Source: Acidobacteriota bacterium
Lineage (GTDB): Bacteria; Acidobacteriota; UBA890; WLXD01
Direction of reading: 5' to 3'
DNA: 64,000 nt
NCBI GenBank assembly: GCA_963666055.2
Contig: CAXWPH010000015.1
Span: 736,001-800,000, forward strand
Part shown: one piece after another, positions 10,792 through 22,164 of the stretch
Numbering within the stretch: the first letter of the stretch is position 1
How the letters are laid out: each line of letters starts with the position of its first letter
Translations under genes and position numbers: made by a program
The notes under the pieces: generated by a model
What the model was told of the DNA's origin: nothing
Database searches by the model: none
What the model saw: the letters and a program-made list of their open reading frames with translations, nothing else

Positions 10792-11355
10792 TCACGAATC
10801 AACCGTCTGCGGGTAGTCGATGCTGACGATCTCGAGCACCGCATCGTCCCGCGGCAGGTGCGCCACCACCTCGTCTCCGGCGCGCGCCGAAAGCAGCGCC
10901 TTGGCAAGAGGCGATACCCAGCTGATACGGCCTTCCGACGCATCAGCCTCGTCGACGCCGACGATAGTGTACACACGCTCTTCGCCCGCCGCGTCCATCA
11001 CGGTGACGGTGGCGCCGAAACGCGCCCGGTCGCCATCCTGCTGCGCCGGGTCGATCACCTCGAAGCCGGCCACCCGCTCGCCGAGCCAGCGGATCTGCTC
11101 GTCGAGCTCGCGCAACCGATGCTGATCGGCGCGATGCTCCGCCTCCTCCTGTCGACCCGCCTCCACTCGACGCGACAACTCCGCAGCTAGCCGGGGACGT
11201 TCCACCTCAGCGAGCATCGCGAGCTCCTGCCGCAGGCGACGAGCACCCGATGGAGTGATGTAGTTCCTGACGCCAGCAGGCAGCACGTTGCGAGGTCGAA
11301 CCGAGACCTCGAGCCCGGGATCGAAGTCCGATTCCTTGGTGAACGCCTTGTTCAT
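10792..11355 (-). CDS. GreA/GreB family transcription elongation factor
   Basis: MNKAFTKESD...NYITPSG, FGATVTV, IVGVDEAD and ISWVSPLAKALL. Confidence 0.9.
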   Translation of the reverse strand: MNKAFTKESDFDPGLEVSVRPRNVLPAGVRNYITPSGARRLRQELAMLAEVERPRLAAELSRRVEAGRQEEAEHRADQHRLRELDEQIRWLGERVAGFEVIDPAQQDGDRARFGATVTVMDAAGEERVYTIVGVDEADASEGRISWVSPLAKALLSARAGDEVVAHLPRDDAVLEIVSIDYPQTVDS

Positions 11356-11661
11356 AGAGAAAGGATTGTAACCCACTGAAACGCTGTGACTTATGGACTC
11401 CAGGCAACCACAGGTTGCCCAGAAAAGCGCACCAGAGCGCCTTCTTGTTGCCCTACAACCGAGGGGCAACCAGTTGAGCGTGCCCCGCGCAGATCACCCG
11501 ATTGATCGATGAAGGTGTTGCGCGGTCGGCTTACGACGAAAACGGGGCGAAAATACAGGCGGAAACGAGCCTACACAGTGGTGGGCGAACCGTCCAGATG
11601 CGGACTAGTCCCGTCAGCATCAGCAGTTACGCGACGCGGCCTTGGTTTCCAGACTACTCCG

Positions 11662-12267
11662 TTACTGCGTCGCCAGCTGCAGCCGCTCGATGACCTCAGC
11701 GACCGGCGGGCGCAGGCGGTAATTGGTCTCGACAAACAGGTACCGGACGATGCCGTCAACGTCGAGAATAACCACAGCCGGGTGCGGTATCAGGCTGTCG
11801 CTGTCAGCTTCGTTGAGCAGGCCCCATGCTTTGATGGCCTCGGCGTCAGGATCGAGCAGGAAGGGGAACTCGAAACCCTCCTCCTCACGATAGGCCCGCA
11901 GCTTGTCGGTGTCGTCGTTGGCAATGGCCCAAAACTCGGCCCCGGTAGCCCGGATCTCGTCTATGGCTTCATGCAGCTGCACGAGCTGCTCGCGGCAGAA
12001 CGGTCACCATGTACCCCGGAAGAAAAGCAACATCAGCGGCCGCTCGCCGCGGGCCGCCGCCAGGTCATAGACGTCACCGTCAGTGGATTCGAGCGAGAAC
12101 GTCGAGGGCGGCAACTGGCCGAGCTCGAGCAGGGTCTCGTGCGGCAGCCCGGGCGCCAGTCGATCGGCATCCTGGGCGTAGGCAGCGGCTGGCCACACGA
12201 CGGCAAACAAGAGCGGCATCGCCAGACGCGCCCATGACAGCGTTGGCAACGAGAAGCGACCTTTCAC
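11662..12267 (-). CDS. Selenocysteine-containing peroxiredoxin-like (AhpC/TSA) redoxin with signal peptide; TGA at 12004-12006 read as Sec
   Basis: The two listed ORFs are in frame: LLFFRGTW-TGA-PFCREQLVQLHE gives a UxxC motif. A GGAGG RBS precedes GTG12267. Confidence 0.88.
11968..12003 (-). promoter_or_regulatory. Putative bacterial SECIS hairpin
   Basis: After the UGA come 14 nt, then stem GCAGCU / loop CGUGC / AGCUGC. The loop starts 20 nt from the UGA and has G at position 2. Confidence 0.65.
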
Positions 12268-12397
12268 CGGACCTCCGTGAGGTTGGATGTTGCTAACGCG
12301 CCTCGGCCGACCGGGTCGGTGACGGACGTTACAGGCAACACCGGAACAGCGTGCGCCCTGATGCGCTCGAGCCGGGATCGAGATCGTAACACCGAGT

Positions 12398-12426
12398 TTG
12401 ACAGGGTACAGGGGGGCCGCTAGCTT
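12398..12426 (+). promoter_or_regulatory. Putative sigma70 promoter upstream of the frd operon
   Basis: TTGACA (12398-12403), a 17-bp spacer, then TAGCTT (12421-12426). Confidence 0.5.
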
Positions 12427-12618
12427 ACGATCGGAGCCGCCGTACAGCCGCTAACAGCTACCGTGGAGAGCACGACCTCATGTCGACGCCGGCTGGACCG
12501 GTCGTTACCGGTGCCTTCGGCGCCACCTCTCGTCGCGGTAGCTGGTGGCGCCTGCCACTGCTGACCTTTCTGGGCCTCGGCGCGAGACCCGTTGGCAGTA
12601 CCGGGAGCAACTAAACCC

Positions 12619-14397
12619 ATGAGCGTACGGCACGACGTGGTGATCGTCGGTGGAGGTGGTGCGGGGCTGCGGGCGGCGATCGCCATCGCCGAGATCAACC
12701 CCTCCCTGAGCGTTGCGCTGGTAAGCAAAGTCTACCCGATGCGCAGCCACACGGTGGCAGCTGAGGGCGGTGCCGCGGCAGTGATCAAAGACAACGACAG
12801 CCTTGAAGATCATTTCCGAGACACCGTCGGCGGCAGTGACTGGTTGGCCGATCAGGACGCGGTCGAGCTGTTTGTCAACGAAGCGCCGGCCGAGTTGATC
12901 CAGCTCGAGCACTGGGGCTGTCCGTGGAGCCGAGAACCGGACGGCACGGTTGCAGTGCGGCCATTCGGAGGCATGAAGATCGAACGGACATGGTTTGCCT
13001 CCGACAAGACCGGCTTCCACATGTTGCACGCGCTGTATCAGACGTCTCTCAAGTACAGCCCGATTGCCAGTTATGACGAGTCGTTCGCGACCAAGATCTT
13101 GGTGGAGGACGGACGTTGCCAGGGCGTCAGTGCGCTCGATCTACAGACCGGCCGGGTCGAGACGATTATTGCCAATGCTGTCATCCTCTGCACCGGCGGG
13201 GCCGGGAGGGTATTCCCATTCACAACCAACGGGGCGATCAAGACCGGCGACGGGATGGCGATGGCCTACCGCGCCGGAGTCGCCCTCAAGGACATGGAGT
13301 TCATCCAGTACCACCCGACCGGGCTGCCCGGAACCGGCATTCTCATCACCGAGGCTTCACGGGGCGAAGGAGGCATCCTCGTCAACAAGGACGGCTACCG
13401 GTACTTGCAGGACTACGATCTGGGAACGCCACTGCAGGTCACCGACCCCGAGCACCCGGTCAAGAAGAGTATGGAGCTGGGTCCTCGCGACCGACTCAGC
13501 CAGGCGTTCGTCAAGGAATTGGAACAAGGTCGGACGATACCCGGGCCGCACGGAGATGTCGTCCATCTCGACATACGACACCTCGGCGAGAAGAAAATCG
13601 ACAAGAAGCTGCCTTTCGTGCGCGAGCTAGCTAGGAACTACGCCCGCATCGACCCGGTATACGAGCCCATTCCCGTGCGCCCCGTCATTCACTACATCAT
13701 GGGCGGTGTCGACACCGATACCGACGGCGCCACATCGCTTCCGGGATTGTTCGCGGCGGGCGAGGTCGCCTGCGTGTCGATCAACGGGGCAAATCGGCTT
13801 GGCTCCAACTCTCTGACCGAACTCCTCGTCTTCGGCGCGCGTGCCGGACGGGCGGCGGCTATCTTCGCAGCCCAGAACCCGAACCCTGACGTCGAGGCGG
13901 TGGAGAAGCAAGGCGCCGACGAGCAAGAGCGCATCGCCCGGGACTTCATTCGCAAGGAGGGCGGTACGGAGAGGATCGCTACCCTCCGCAGAGAGATGAA
14001 CGAGACGATGGAAAGCGGCGCCGGCATCTACCGTTCCGAACAGGGCCTCAGCGAGACGTGTGACACGCTGATGGAATTGAGGCAACGCTTCTCGAATCTC
14101 TTGATCGAAGACCGAAGCCTGACCTTCAATACCGAGCTCACCTCCGCTCTCGAGCTCGACTTCATGCTCGACGTGGCGCTCACCATCGGTCGCAGTGCCC
14201 TGGCACGGACCGAAAGTCGCGGCTCCCACCAGCGCACCGATCACCCCGATCGTGACGACGAGAACTTTCTCAAACACTCGCTTGCGTTCCGCACCGACGA
14301 CGGGCTTCGCACCGACTACAAGGATGTCGTCATCACCAAGTGGCCACCCGAGGAACGTGTGTACGGTAGACAGACGTCGAGAGCGGACACGCACTGA
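12619..14397 (+). CDS. frdA: Fumarate reductase/succinate dehydrogenase flavoprotein subunit
   Basis: [16 protein letters not shown] (covalent FAD histidine), [21 protein letters not shown] and ESRGSH. Confidence 0.95.
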   Translation: MSVRHDVVIVGGGGAGLRAAIAIAEINPSLSVALVSKVYPMRSHTVAAEGGAAAVIKDNDSLEDHFRDTVGGSDWLADQDAVELFVNEAPAELIQLEHWGCPWSREPDGTVAVRPFGGMKIERTWFASDKTGFHMLHALYQTSLKYSPIASYDESFATKILVEDGRCQGVSALDLQTGRVETIIANAVILCTGGAGRVFPFTTNGAIKTGDGMAMAYRAGVALKDMEFIQYHPTGLPGTGILITEASRGEGGILVNKDGYRYLQDYDLGTPLQVTDPEHPVKKSMELGPRDRLSQAFVKELEQGRTIPGPHGDVVHLDIRHLGEKKIDKKLPFVRELARNYARIDPVYEPIPVRPVIHYIMGGVDTDTDGATSLPGLFAAGEVACVSINGANRLGSNSLTELLVFGARAGRAAAIFAAQNPNPDVEAVEKQGADEQERIARDFIRKEGGTERIATLRREMNETMESGAGIYRSEQGLSETCDTLMELRQRFSNLLIEDRSLTFNTELTSALELDFMLDVALTIGRSALARTESRGSHQRTDHPDRDDENFLKHSLAFRTDDGLRTDYKDVVITKWPPEERVYGRQTSRADTH

Positions 14398-14399
14398 CG

Positions 14400-15152
14400 A
14401 TGGGGGAGACGATGGAGCTCGAGATCTTCCGGTACCTCCCTGAGCAGGACTCCGCGCCCACTTTCCAGACTTACGAGGTTCCGTTTCACGGAGAGTGGGT
14501 CGTTCTCGATGCCATCAACTACATCAAAGAGGAGATCGACGGCACGCTCTCGTACCGCTGGTCGTGTCGGATGGGCGTGTGCGGAAGCTGTGGAATGATG
14601 GTAAACGGCGTGCCGAAGCTCACCTGCGCGGTCTTTCTGAAGGACTACTATCCCGGCAAGATCCGTGTCGAACCTCTCGACGGCTTCCCGGTCGAGCGGG
14701 ACCTCATTTTCGGCATGGATGACTTCATCGAGAAGCTGAAGAGCGTCAAGCCGTGGATCATCCGTAAGGAAGGTGAGGAGAAGCCGATCGAGGAAGGCGA
14801 ATACCTACAAACCCCACGCCAGCTTGTTGAGTACATGCCGTACTCGATGTGCATCAACTGCATGCTTTGTTACGCGGCGTGCCCCGTCTACGCGATCGAC
14901 ACCACGTTCTTGGGACCGGCGGCGATCGCCCTGGGCCAACGCTACAACATGGATTCACGCGATCAGGGGAGAGATCAGCGGCAAGAGGTGATCGCCAGCC
15001 ACGAAGGGATTTGGCAGTGCACCTTCGTCGGTGAGTGTAGCGCCGTGTGTCCCAAGGATGTCGATCCGGCAGGCGCGATCCAGCGCGCCAAGGTCGCCAG
15101 CACGATCGATTACTTCAAGGAACTGCTTTTGCCCTGGGGCAAGAAGAATTGA
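14400..15152 (+). CDS. frdB: Fumarate reductase iron-sulfur subunit
   Basis: Cluster motifs [22 protein letters not shown] and [12 protein letters not shown]. Confidence 0.95.
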   Translation: MGETMELEIFRYLPEQDSAPTFQTYEVPFHGEWVVLDAINYIKEEIDGTLSYRWSCRMGVCGSCGMMVNGVPKLTCAVFLKDYYPGKIRVEPLDGFPVERDLIFGMDDFIEKLKSVKPWIIRKEGEEKPIEEGEYLQTPRQLVEYMPYSMCINCMLCYAACPVYAIDTTFLGPAAIALGQRYNMDSRDQGRDQRQEVIASHEGIWQCTFVGECSAVCPKDVDPAGAIQRAKVASTIDYFKELLLPWGKKN

Positions 15153-15529
15153 GCTATCAGCGACGAGTTCCGAATACCTGGTGGCTCAAGCGGTGGCCCT
15201 ACTTCCTGTTCATGGTTCGGGAGCTCACCAGCCTCGGCGTTGCCGGCTACAGCGTGTTCCTTCTGTTTCTGGTTTATCGACTCGGTCAAGGGCGCGAGGC
15301 CTACGAGGCGGCGATCGGCCTGATCATGTCGCCGACCAGCATCGCGCTGCATTCGGTCGCGCTGGTGCTCGCCGTCTACCACACGGTCACTTGGTTCAAT
15401 GTGACTCCCAAGGTCATCGTGATTCACTTTGGCGAGGAGCGTATTCCCGGCTTCATGATCGCCGGCGCTCACTACGCCGGATGGCTCGCGGTGTCGATGA
15501 TCGTCGCGTGGGCCGTGCTGGGAGGGTAA
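15149..15529 (+). CDS. frdC: Fumarate reductase membrane anchor subunit C
   Basis: The TTG start overlaps the frdB stop. [10 protein letters not shown]...FMVRELTS and [11 protein letters not shown]; 3 TM helices. Confidence 0.88.
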   Translation: MSYQRRVPNTWWLKRWPYFLFMVRELTSLGVAGYSVFLLFLVYRLGQGREAYEAAIGLIMSPTSIALHSVALVLAVYHTVTWFNVTPKVIVIHFGEERIPGFMIAGAHYAGWLAVSMIVAWAVLGG

Positions 15530-15534
15530 TCACC

Positions 15535-15888
15535 ATGGCCAAGTCCAACGAACCAATTCCCTGGTCACTGTTCTCGGCCGGTGGGATGTTGTCGGCAATG
15601 CTGCTGCCTATCCTCGTCGTCATCACCGGAATTCTGGTGCCCTTCGGCTTTGCGCCGCTGGAGTCCCTCGGCTTCGACAAAGCGCACGCCGCCGTTTCGG
15701 GCAACCTCCTGGTAAAGCTGATTCTGTTCGGACTGATCTCTCTGTCGCTCTTCCACTGGGCACACCGGTTCAGGTTCGCGCTCGTCGACATGGGCCTGCA
15801 GAAGATCAAAGGGCTGATCGGCTTTGCCTGCTACGGCAGCGCCCTTTCCGGCGCCGTAATCACCGCCGCGCTTCTCTGGCGGATCTAG
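15535..15888 (+). CDS. frdD: Fumarate reductase membrane anchor subunit D
   Basis: SNEPIPWSLFSAGGM and LFHWAHR. Confidence 0.9.
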   Translation: MAKSNEPIPWSLFSAGGMLSAMLLPILVVITGILVPFGFAPLESLGFDKAHAAVSGNLLVKLILFGLISLSLFHWAHRFRFALVDMGLQKIKGLIGFACYGSALSGAVITAALLWRI

Positions 15889-16163
15889 CAGGCCGTGGTG
15901 AAAGTGTGGTGGGTCTGGTTACGGCGAGTTGGGGCCAGATGCAAGGCGGCCTGACACAGGCGATGCCCTAGCCATCGTCCAGGAAGGCCAACGTCGCAAA
16001 TGGCCCCAAATCGCCGTAACCCTTCGGGCGACAGGGGGTTGCGCGCGTATCCTGCGTCGTTCCTTGTCAACGATGGGCTAACCATCGCCTCCTCCTCTCT
16101 CCTTGCCTCCACTTCGCAAGACCCTGTCGCCAGACCCACCACACTTTCACCTCGGCCTGCTAG
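15885..16163. mobile_element. 279-bp MITE-like structured repeat, copy 1
   Basis: CTAG-bounded terminal inverted repeats of about 34 bp (CTAGCAGGCCGTGGTGAAAGTGTGGTGGGTCTGG...CCAGACCCACCACACTTTCACCTCGGCCTGCTAG). It is near-identical to 23578-23856. Confidence 0.88.
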
Positions 16164-16190
16164 TGGCCTGAGTCAGCTGGGCACGCCGCC

Positions 16191-16880
16191 TTATCCCGCC
16201 GCGTGCTCCTTGCGATGCGCGATGACATCGAAGCCGATCTTCATGAGCACCATCAACACCAGGCCGGCGGTTGGTGAGCCGCTGAGCAAGAGCAGAAATC
16301 CGCTGCCGATGATCACCAGGTGCAGCAGGATGACGCGCCGGTATGGCCCGGTCATCAGACCCTGCAGCGTCGCAGATCGATACTCGCCGGCACCGAGATA
16401 GTTGACCAGGAACGACACTCCATGGCTGACGATCAGGGTGATCGCGCCATAGGCGAGCGTGTCCTGGCTCAGCGCATGCGCCAGCGTACCCCGGATGAGC
16501 ACGGGCACCAGCATGATGGGCGAGTCGAAGTTGGCGCCCAAGAGCAACGCCGGTATCTCCGACCCCTGCCCCCTGAACAACGCCGTCAGCAAGACTCCAT
16601 GCACTGCGGCGAATCCGCCGTAGTGAACCGCAAAGAACGGGATCAGCACCACTTTGCCCAGCCATGCCGCCGGATCTCGGATCCGCACGGCGAGAATGCG
16701 CAACATGTTGAATCCGCCGACGATGAGGTTCTCCATCCAGTACAGGAGCATGACGTCGCCGACCTCCCAGCCCAGCCACAGCACACCGGCCAGCGGCACC
16801 AAGTTGGCCAGGATCAAGGCGGCAACCGACGGCGTCAGCCACGGCGGCAGCCCGAGCCAGTTCAATCGACTGAACGTCAC
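16191..16880 (-). CDS. DUF6498-like membrane protein
   Basis: NLVPLAGVLWLGW, LYWMENLIVG, FFAVHYGGF and PYRRVILLH. Confidence 0.75.
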   Translation of the reverse strand: MTFSRLNWLGLPPWLTPSVAALILANLVPLAGVLWLGWEVGDVMLLYWMENLIVGGFNMLRILAVRIRDPAAWLGKVVLIPFFAVHYGGFAAVHGVLLTALFRGQGSEIPALLLGANFDSPIMLVPVLIRGTLAHALSQDTLAYGAITLIVSHGVSFLVNYLGAGEYRSATLQGLMTGPYRRVILLHLVIIGSGFLLLLSGSPTAGLVLMVLMKIGFDVIAHRKEHAAG

Positions 16881-16981
16881 CCTCCGCTCACGAGTCGTGC
16901 CCCGCGGTAGATTGTGCCCGGAATGGCGTAGCGGCGATACAATGCCGCCGCGAACGTGAGTAAGCCACTGGGAGGTGTGCG

Positions 16982-18256
16982 GTGAGTCGATTCGTCGGTT
17001 GTTTTGCGCTACTCGTAACGCTCGGATGTAGCCCGTCCGCGCCGCAGCCCATTCCCGGCTACAAGGCGTTCGTCGGCGCCACCCTCATCGACGGAACCGG
17101 CGCCGATCCGACCCGCGACGCCGTCGTGGTAGTCCGCGACGGCCGCATCGAGGCGGTCGGATCTGCCGCCGCGGTCAACATCCCGGAGCGCGCCGAGATC
17201 ATCGATCTATCCGGTCGCACTGTGATCCCGGGCCTGATCAACGCCCACGGCCACGTCGGGGATACGTTGGGTCTGGAGGGCGGCCACTACTCCGAGGACA
17301 ACGTGCGGGCGCACCTCGGCCTGTACGCTCGCTACGGCGTCACCACCGTGCTCAGCCTGGGCGGTGACGGCGCCGAGGGCGTCGACGTGCGCGACGCTGA
17401 GGGGGTCGACCTGAGCCATGCCCGTCTTCGAGTTGCCGGCGCCGTGGTTACCGCCGAATCGCCCGATGAGGCCCGGTCGCAGGTACGCGCCAACGCCGAT
17501 CTCGGGGTCGACTTCATCAAGATCCGCGTCGACGACAACCTCGGCACCAGCGCCAAGATGGCGCCTGAGATCTACGCCTCGGTCATCGAGGCGGCACACG
17601 CCAACGACCTTCCCCTGGCGGCGCACCTGTTCTACCTCGACGACGCCAAGAACCTGCTCAGAGCCGGAGCCGACTTCATCGCTCACAGCGTGCGCGATGC
17701 TGCCGTCGACGAGGAGCTCATCGGATTGCTGCGTGACACCGGCGTGTGCTATAGCCCGACGCTGACGCGCGAGGTGTCGACCTTCATCTACGAGAGCGAG
17801 CCGGAGTTCTTCGCCGATCCGTTCTTCCTGGCACACGCAGATACCAGCGTGCTGGATGCGCTGCGTACACCCGAACAGCAGCAGCGTTATCGCGACAGCC
17901 CGGCCGCGCAACGCTACAAAGAGGCGCTGCGCGTGGCCCAGGCGAACCTCAAGACACTCGCCGATGCCGGCATTCCGATCGCGTTCGGCACCGACAGCGG
18001 GCCCCCGGCGCGCTTCCAGGGCTACTTCGAGCACTTGGAGACCGCGCTGATGGCCGAGGCGGGGCTGTCGGCAGAGCAGATTCTGCTTTCGGCCACCGGC
18101 GTCGCTGCCGCATGCGTCGGACTCGACGACGTCGGCACCATCGAGCCGGGAAAGTGGGCCGACATGGTCGTGCTGACCGATGATCCGTTGGCAGATATCG
18201 CCAACCTGCGCACCATCGATTCTGTATGGATCGCCGCCAACCGCGTTGCATCGTAA
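16982..18256 (+). CDS. Amidohydrolase family lipoprotein
   Basis: Lipobox LGC, PGLINAHGH, FGTDSG and GTIEPGKWAD. Confidence 0.88.
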   Translation: MSRFVGCFALLVTLGCSPSAPQPIPGYKAFVGATLIDGTGADPTRDAVVVVRDGRIEAVGSAAAVNIPERAEIIDLSGRTVIPGLINAHGHVGDTLGLEGGHYSEDNVRAHLGLYARYGVTTVLSLGGDGAEGVDVRDAEGVDLSHARLRVAGAVVTAESPDEARSQVRANADLGVDFIKIRVDDNLGTSAKMAPEIYASVIEAAHANDLPLAAHLFYLDDAKNLLRAGADFIAHSVRDAAVDEELIGLLRDTGVCYSPTLTREVSTFIYESEPEFFADPFFLAHADTSVLDALRTPEQQQRYRDSPAAQRYKEALRVAQANLKTLADAGIPIAFGTDSGPPARFQGYFEHLETALMAEAGLSAEQILLSATGVAAACVGLDDVGTIEPGKWADMVVLTDDPLADIANLRTIDSVWIAANRVAS

Positions 18257-18359
18257 CGAGTTCGCCGCGATGCCGAGTTGTATGATCCAAACAGGTGGCT
18301 AACCGGCCTGTGGGGGCCAACTCGGAGAGCAACGATCCTTGCGAATCCTCTGCACGGGA

Positions 18360-19826
18360 ATGCGTTTCGGCGGCGCTTCGCTTGTTTCGGCCACCGCTGC
18401 GTTGCTCGCGGTGCTGGCCATGCCACCCGCCGCGCTGGCGCAGCAGACCGACGAGGTCCGGCGGATGGCGGGCGAGCGGCTGCGCGCCACACGGAGCGTC
18501 GCCTCGATTCTCCAGGCGGCGCTTCTTCGCCGGTCGGATCCGGCAGCACCCGTGGCGTTTCGGCTTGTCCTGCCCGAGCTGCCCCAACCCACGTCTCCCC
18601 CGGCCGCCGACAAGACCCGCCTGCAGGTGGGAGTTCACCGCGACATCTTGGATGCGCGCGCGCGCCGAATCGACGGGGCCGCCCTGGAGTGGGAACCTGC
18701 TGCCGACGGCGGCTACACGACCACGTTCGCGGTAGTCTCGGCTGGCGCACGAGGCATCCAGGTGGCGCTGCGCGTTGCCGCCCTGCCCGTCGATGCGGAG
18801 GTGCGCTTCTTCAACCCCTCCGATCCAGTGCAGGCGCATGGACCGTTCAGGTCGGAGCTCATGGTGCCCTCACCAGAGGTTCGAGCGCGGGCCGACGGCA
18901 GCGAGCTGTTCTGGTCACCGGTCATCAGCGGCGCCGAGCTGGGGGTCGAGATCTATTTGCCGCGATCGGCGCTCCCCGGCGAGTTGCGCTTTGCGGTCGC
19001 GAAGGTGGCCCACCTGACCCACGTCGTGGACACCAAGGAACTTTCCCACTTAGGGACTTCCGGCGCCTGTGAACGCAACATCGCCTGCGACGCCCGCTGG
19101 ATTTCAGCGGCAGCAAGCGTCGCCAAGATCATCTTCCAATCCGCTGGCGGCTCGTTTCTATGCACGGGCCAGCTCCTCGTCGATAGCGACGCGAAGACGC
19201 AGCGACTCTGGTTCTTGACCGCGGCGCATTGCATGGCGTAGGCGGCAGAAACCCGGTCGGCGGTGATGTTCTGGGGGTTCCAGCACGCTCGCTGCGCTGG
19301 CAACGATACGCCGCCGATCGTCCAAACAGCCGGTGGCGGGAAGCTCAGGTTCACCACCAAGGCCAACGGACGGACGAACGACCATACGCTGTTGGAGTTG
19401 AGTCAAACGCCGCCGGCAGGAACAACCCTGGCTGGCTGGAGCACGGAAGACCCCGCAAAGCTGCTACGGAAGACTGTACAGGGCAGTCACCATCCGGCTG
19501 GCGATGCGAAGAAGAGCAGCATCGGCAAGCTGGACGGTTTGGACAGCGTGAGCTTCACGGCAGAAGGGTTTCTGGTGTTAGCGGGAGTCTCACATCTCCG
19601 CGTGCGATGGAAGAACAACAAGGGCGTGACCGAAGGGGGGAGCAGCGGCTCAGCTTTGTGGTACGGGCGAAGATGGCCGAAGCAGTTCGTGATCGGCACG
19701 CTCTCGGGCGGGGTGGCGTCGTGCTTGAACACGACAGCACCCGATTGGTACGGCAGCTTGGCGCGTACCTACGAGGAGTTCGGTAAGTTCCGGCGCTTGA
19801 TCGACCCGGCGAAGAACCGGGAGTAA
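18360..19826 (+). pseudogene. Secreted trypsin-like (lysyl endopeptidase-like) serine protease with an in-frame TAG at 19239-19241
   Basis: Signal peptide, then TAAHC (His), DHTLLEL (Asp) and EGGSSGS (Ser), all in one frame across a single TAG. Confidence 0.8.
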
Positions 19827-19848
19827 GGCGACGCAGGCTTCAGACCTG

Positions 19849-20103
19849 CTATGACTGCTCTAGAATCGCCCGCCCGTCGGCGGTCAGGCTGACCGTTTCC
19901 CCGAGCTTGCCGTGCTTACCCAACCAGTCCTCGGCCTGGATCAAGTCCCAGCCCTTGAGGTCCTCGTACCAGCCGACGAGGAAGTCCTGCGAGTGGTGGT
20001 CGAAGCCGACGGTGCCGTTCTTGAGGGTGGCGGTGCAGGTATCGCCGGCTTGAACGACACCGAGCAGAGCGGTGTGGCCACGATGAAGCTTTCGTTCAGA
20101 CAT
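19849..20103 (-). CDS. Small hypothetical protein
   Basis: An 84-aa ORF with host-like codon usage in an otherwise empty interval. Confidence 0.5.
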   Translation of the reverse strand: MSERKLHRGHTALLGVVQAGDTCTATLKNGTVGFDHHSQDFLVGWYEDLKGWDLIQAEDWLGKHGKLGETVSLTADGRAILEQS

Positions 20104-20405
20104 TTCTGCGCCAGATTTGGGGGGATTGTCTGGAAGCCCGAGGCCCGTCAAGCTGCCCCGCTATTGGATAGACGCATGAAACGCCCGGAAGGTTTCTAGA
20201 AAAAACGTCACCCGAAGCGAGTTGTGCGCCCAGCAACATCGTAGCAGCAGTAACATGCCGGCGTCTGACTCGTCCGGCCCGCTTCCGATAGTCTTGGGCG
20301 CAATCTCAGACTACCAACACGGAGCCGGTTCTGACCTGGTTGCGAGTCGCGGGCACACCCGCGAGGTCGGGAGCCGGTAGCCGGTAGCCGCCAAGGAGAA
20401 CCGCG

Positions 20406-22034
20406 GTGAACGGTTTTGCGCGCATCCCGACCCCGGTAAACGAACCTGCCCTCGACTACTCTCCTGGCTCCGACGAACGAGGCCGCATCAAGGCGCGCCT
20501 GGAGCAGATGCTCGGTGAGCGCATCGAGATCCCGGCCATCATCGGCGGCAAAGACGTAACCACGGGCGATACGCTCAACGTCGTGTGTCCTCACGACCAC
20601 GGGCACGTGCTGGCAGTCTGTCACCAGGTCGATGAAACCTCCGTCGAGCAGGCCATCGAAGCGGCCGCCGAAGCTTGGCGCGAATGGTCCGAGATGAGCT
20701 GGGAGTCGCGTGCGGCGGTCTTTCTCAAGGCGGCCGAGCTACTCGCCGGCCCTTGGCGCGACACCATGATTGCTGCCACGATGCTCGGCCAATCCAAGAC
20801 CGTTCACCAAGCAGAGGTCGAGGCCGCTGCCGAGCTATGCGACTTCTGGCGATTCAACGCCCACTATCTAGAGAAGGTCTACACAGGACAACCCGAGTCA
20901 GATGGCGGCATGTGGAACTACGTCGAATATCGCCCGCTCGAGGGTTTCGTGTTCGCCGTTTCGCCGTTCAACTTCACCGCCATTGGCGGCAACCTCCCCA
21001 GCGCTCCCGCGCTCATGGGCAACACGGTGCTGTGGAAGCCGGCTTCGAGTTCGTTGCTCTCGAACTACTACGTCATGCGCCTGCTGCAAGAGGCCGGGCT
21101 GCCTGACGGCGTGATCAACTTCGTTCCGGGCCGCGGGGCACGGGTCGGCGATCCGGTCTTCGCGAGCAGCCAGCTGGCCGGGCTGCATTTCACCGGGTCA
21201 ACCGCCACCTTCCAGCGCATGTGGCGAACGATGGCCGACAACCTCGGAACCTACGGTCGATATCCGCGCATCGTCGGAGAAACCGGCGGCAAGGACTTCG
21301 TGTTCGCACACCCGTCCGCGGACGTCGCCGCATTGGTCACCGCGTTGGTGCGTGGCGCGTTCGAGTACCAAGGCCAGAAGTGTTCCGCCGCGTCCCGTGC
21401 CTACATCCCGGCTTCGTTGTGGAGCCAGGTCAGGGAGCTGCTCGTAGACACCGTGGGCCAATTGAAAATGGGCCCGCCGACAGATTTCAGTAATTTTCTT
21501 TGTGCGGTGATCGACCGTCCGGCTTTCGACAGCATCAGCAACTTCATCGACGAGGCCAACTCCAAGCCTGAGTACGAGGTCCTGGTCGGTGGGAACTACG
21601 ACGGCTCGCGCGGTTACTTCGTCGAGCCGACAGTGGTCCAGGCGCAAGACGCTGGCGCGCGGCTCATGTGCGAGGAGATCTTCGGTCCGGTGCTCACGGT
21701 GTACATATATGACGACGCCGATCTGAACGAGACCCTCGAACTGTGCGATACGGGCAGTCGCTACGCGCTGACGGGTGCGATCTTCGCGCGGGACCGACGT
21801 GACATCGTGCGGCTCAGCAAGCGACTCCGGCATGCCGCGGGCAACTTCTACATCAACGACAAGCCGACCGGCGCCGTGGTAGGCCAGCAACCATTTGGCG
21901 GGGGGCGCGCCTCCGGTACCAACGACAAGGCCGGATCGACGGCCAACCTCATGCGCTGGGTATCTCAACGCACCGTGAAGGAAACCTTCGTGCCGGCCAC
22001 GTCGTACGAATATCCGTTCATGGGCGACGACTAG
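20406..22034 (+). CDS. pruA: L-glutamate gamma-semialdehyde (P5C) dehydrogenase
   Basis: SPFNFTAI, FTGST, GETGGKDF, FEYQGQKCSA, EEIFGP and YINDKPTGAVVGQQPFGG. Confidence 0.95.
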   Translation: MNGFARIPTPVNEPALDYSPGSDERGRIKARLEQMLGERIEIPAIIGGKDVTTGDTLNVVCPHDHGHVLAVCHQVDETSVEQAIEAAAEAWREWSEMSWESRAAVFLKAAELLAGPWRDTMIAATMLGQSKTVHQAEVEAAAELCDFWRFNAHYLEKVYTGQPESDGGMWNYVEYRPLEGFVFAVSPFNFTAIGGNLPSAPALMGNTVLWKPASSSLLSNYYVMRLLQEAGLPDGVINFVPGRGARVGDPVFASSQLAGLHFTGSTATFQRMWRTMADNLGTYGRYPRIVGETGGKDFVFAHPSADVAALVTALVRGAFEYQGQKCSAASRAYIPASLWSQVRELLVDTVGQLKMGPPTDFSNFLCAVIDRPAFDSISNFIDEANSKPEYEVLVGGNYDGSRGYFVEPTVVQAQDAGARLMCEEIFGPVLTVYIYDDADLNETLELCDTGSRYALTGAIFARDRRDIVRLSKRLRHAAGNFYINDKPTGAVVGQQPFGGGRASGTNDKAGSTANLMRWVSQRTVKETFVPATSYEYPFMGDD

Positions 22035-22164
22035 CGCGGCGCCAGCGCGAATCAGCCGCGGCGCCCGAGCTCGTCGAGACCTGTCCCGATCATGTTGCTC
22101 GCCGGCGCCCTAGCCGCTAGGGGATTCCCTGCGATACGCTATTTGGGATACTATTGCTTATTGT

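Noticed and set aside
15885-16142. 85-aa minus-strand ORFs at 15885-16142 and 23578-23835 as a duplicated small protein
   Set aside because: Both lie entirely within the palindromic MITE, so their similarity is explained by the DNA repeat.
6148-19241. Amber (pyrrolysine or recoded TAG) readthrough suggested by in-frame TAGs in the GNAT gene (6148-6150) and the protease gene (19239-19241)
   Set aside because: Many intact genes here end at TAG at their normal length (pruA, trkH, frdD), no pyl genes are visible, and TAA nonsense codons and frameshifts also occur. Ordinary nonsense mutation or sequencing error is the simpler explanation.
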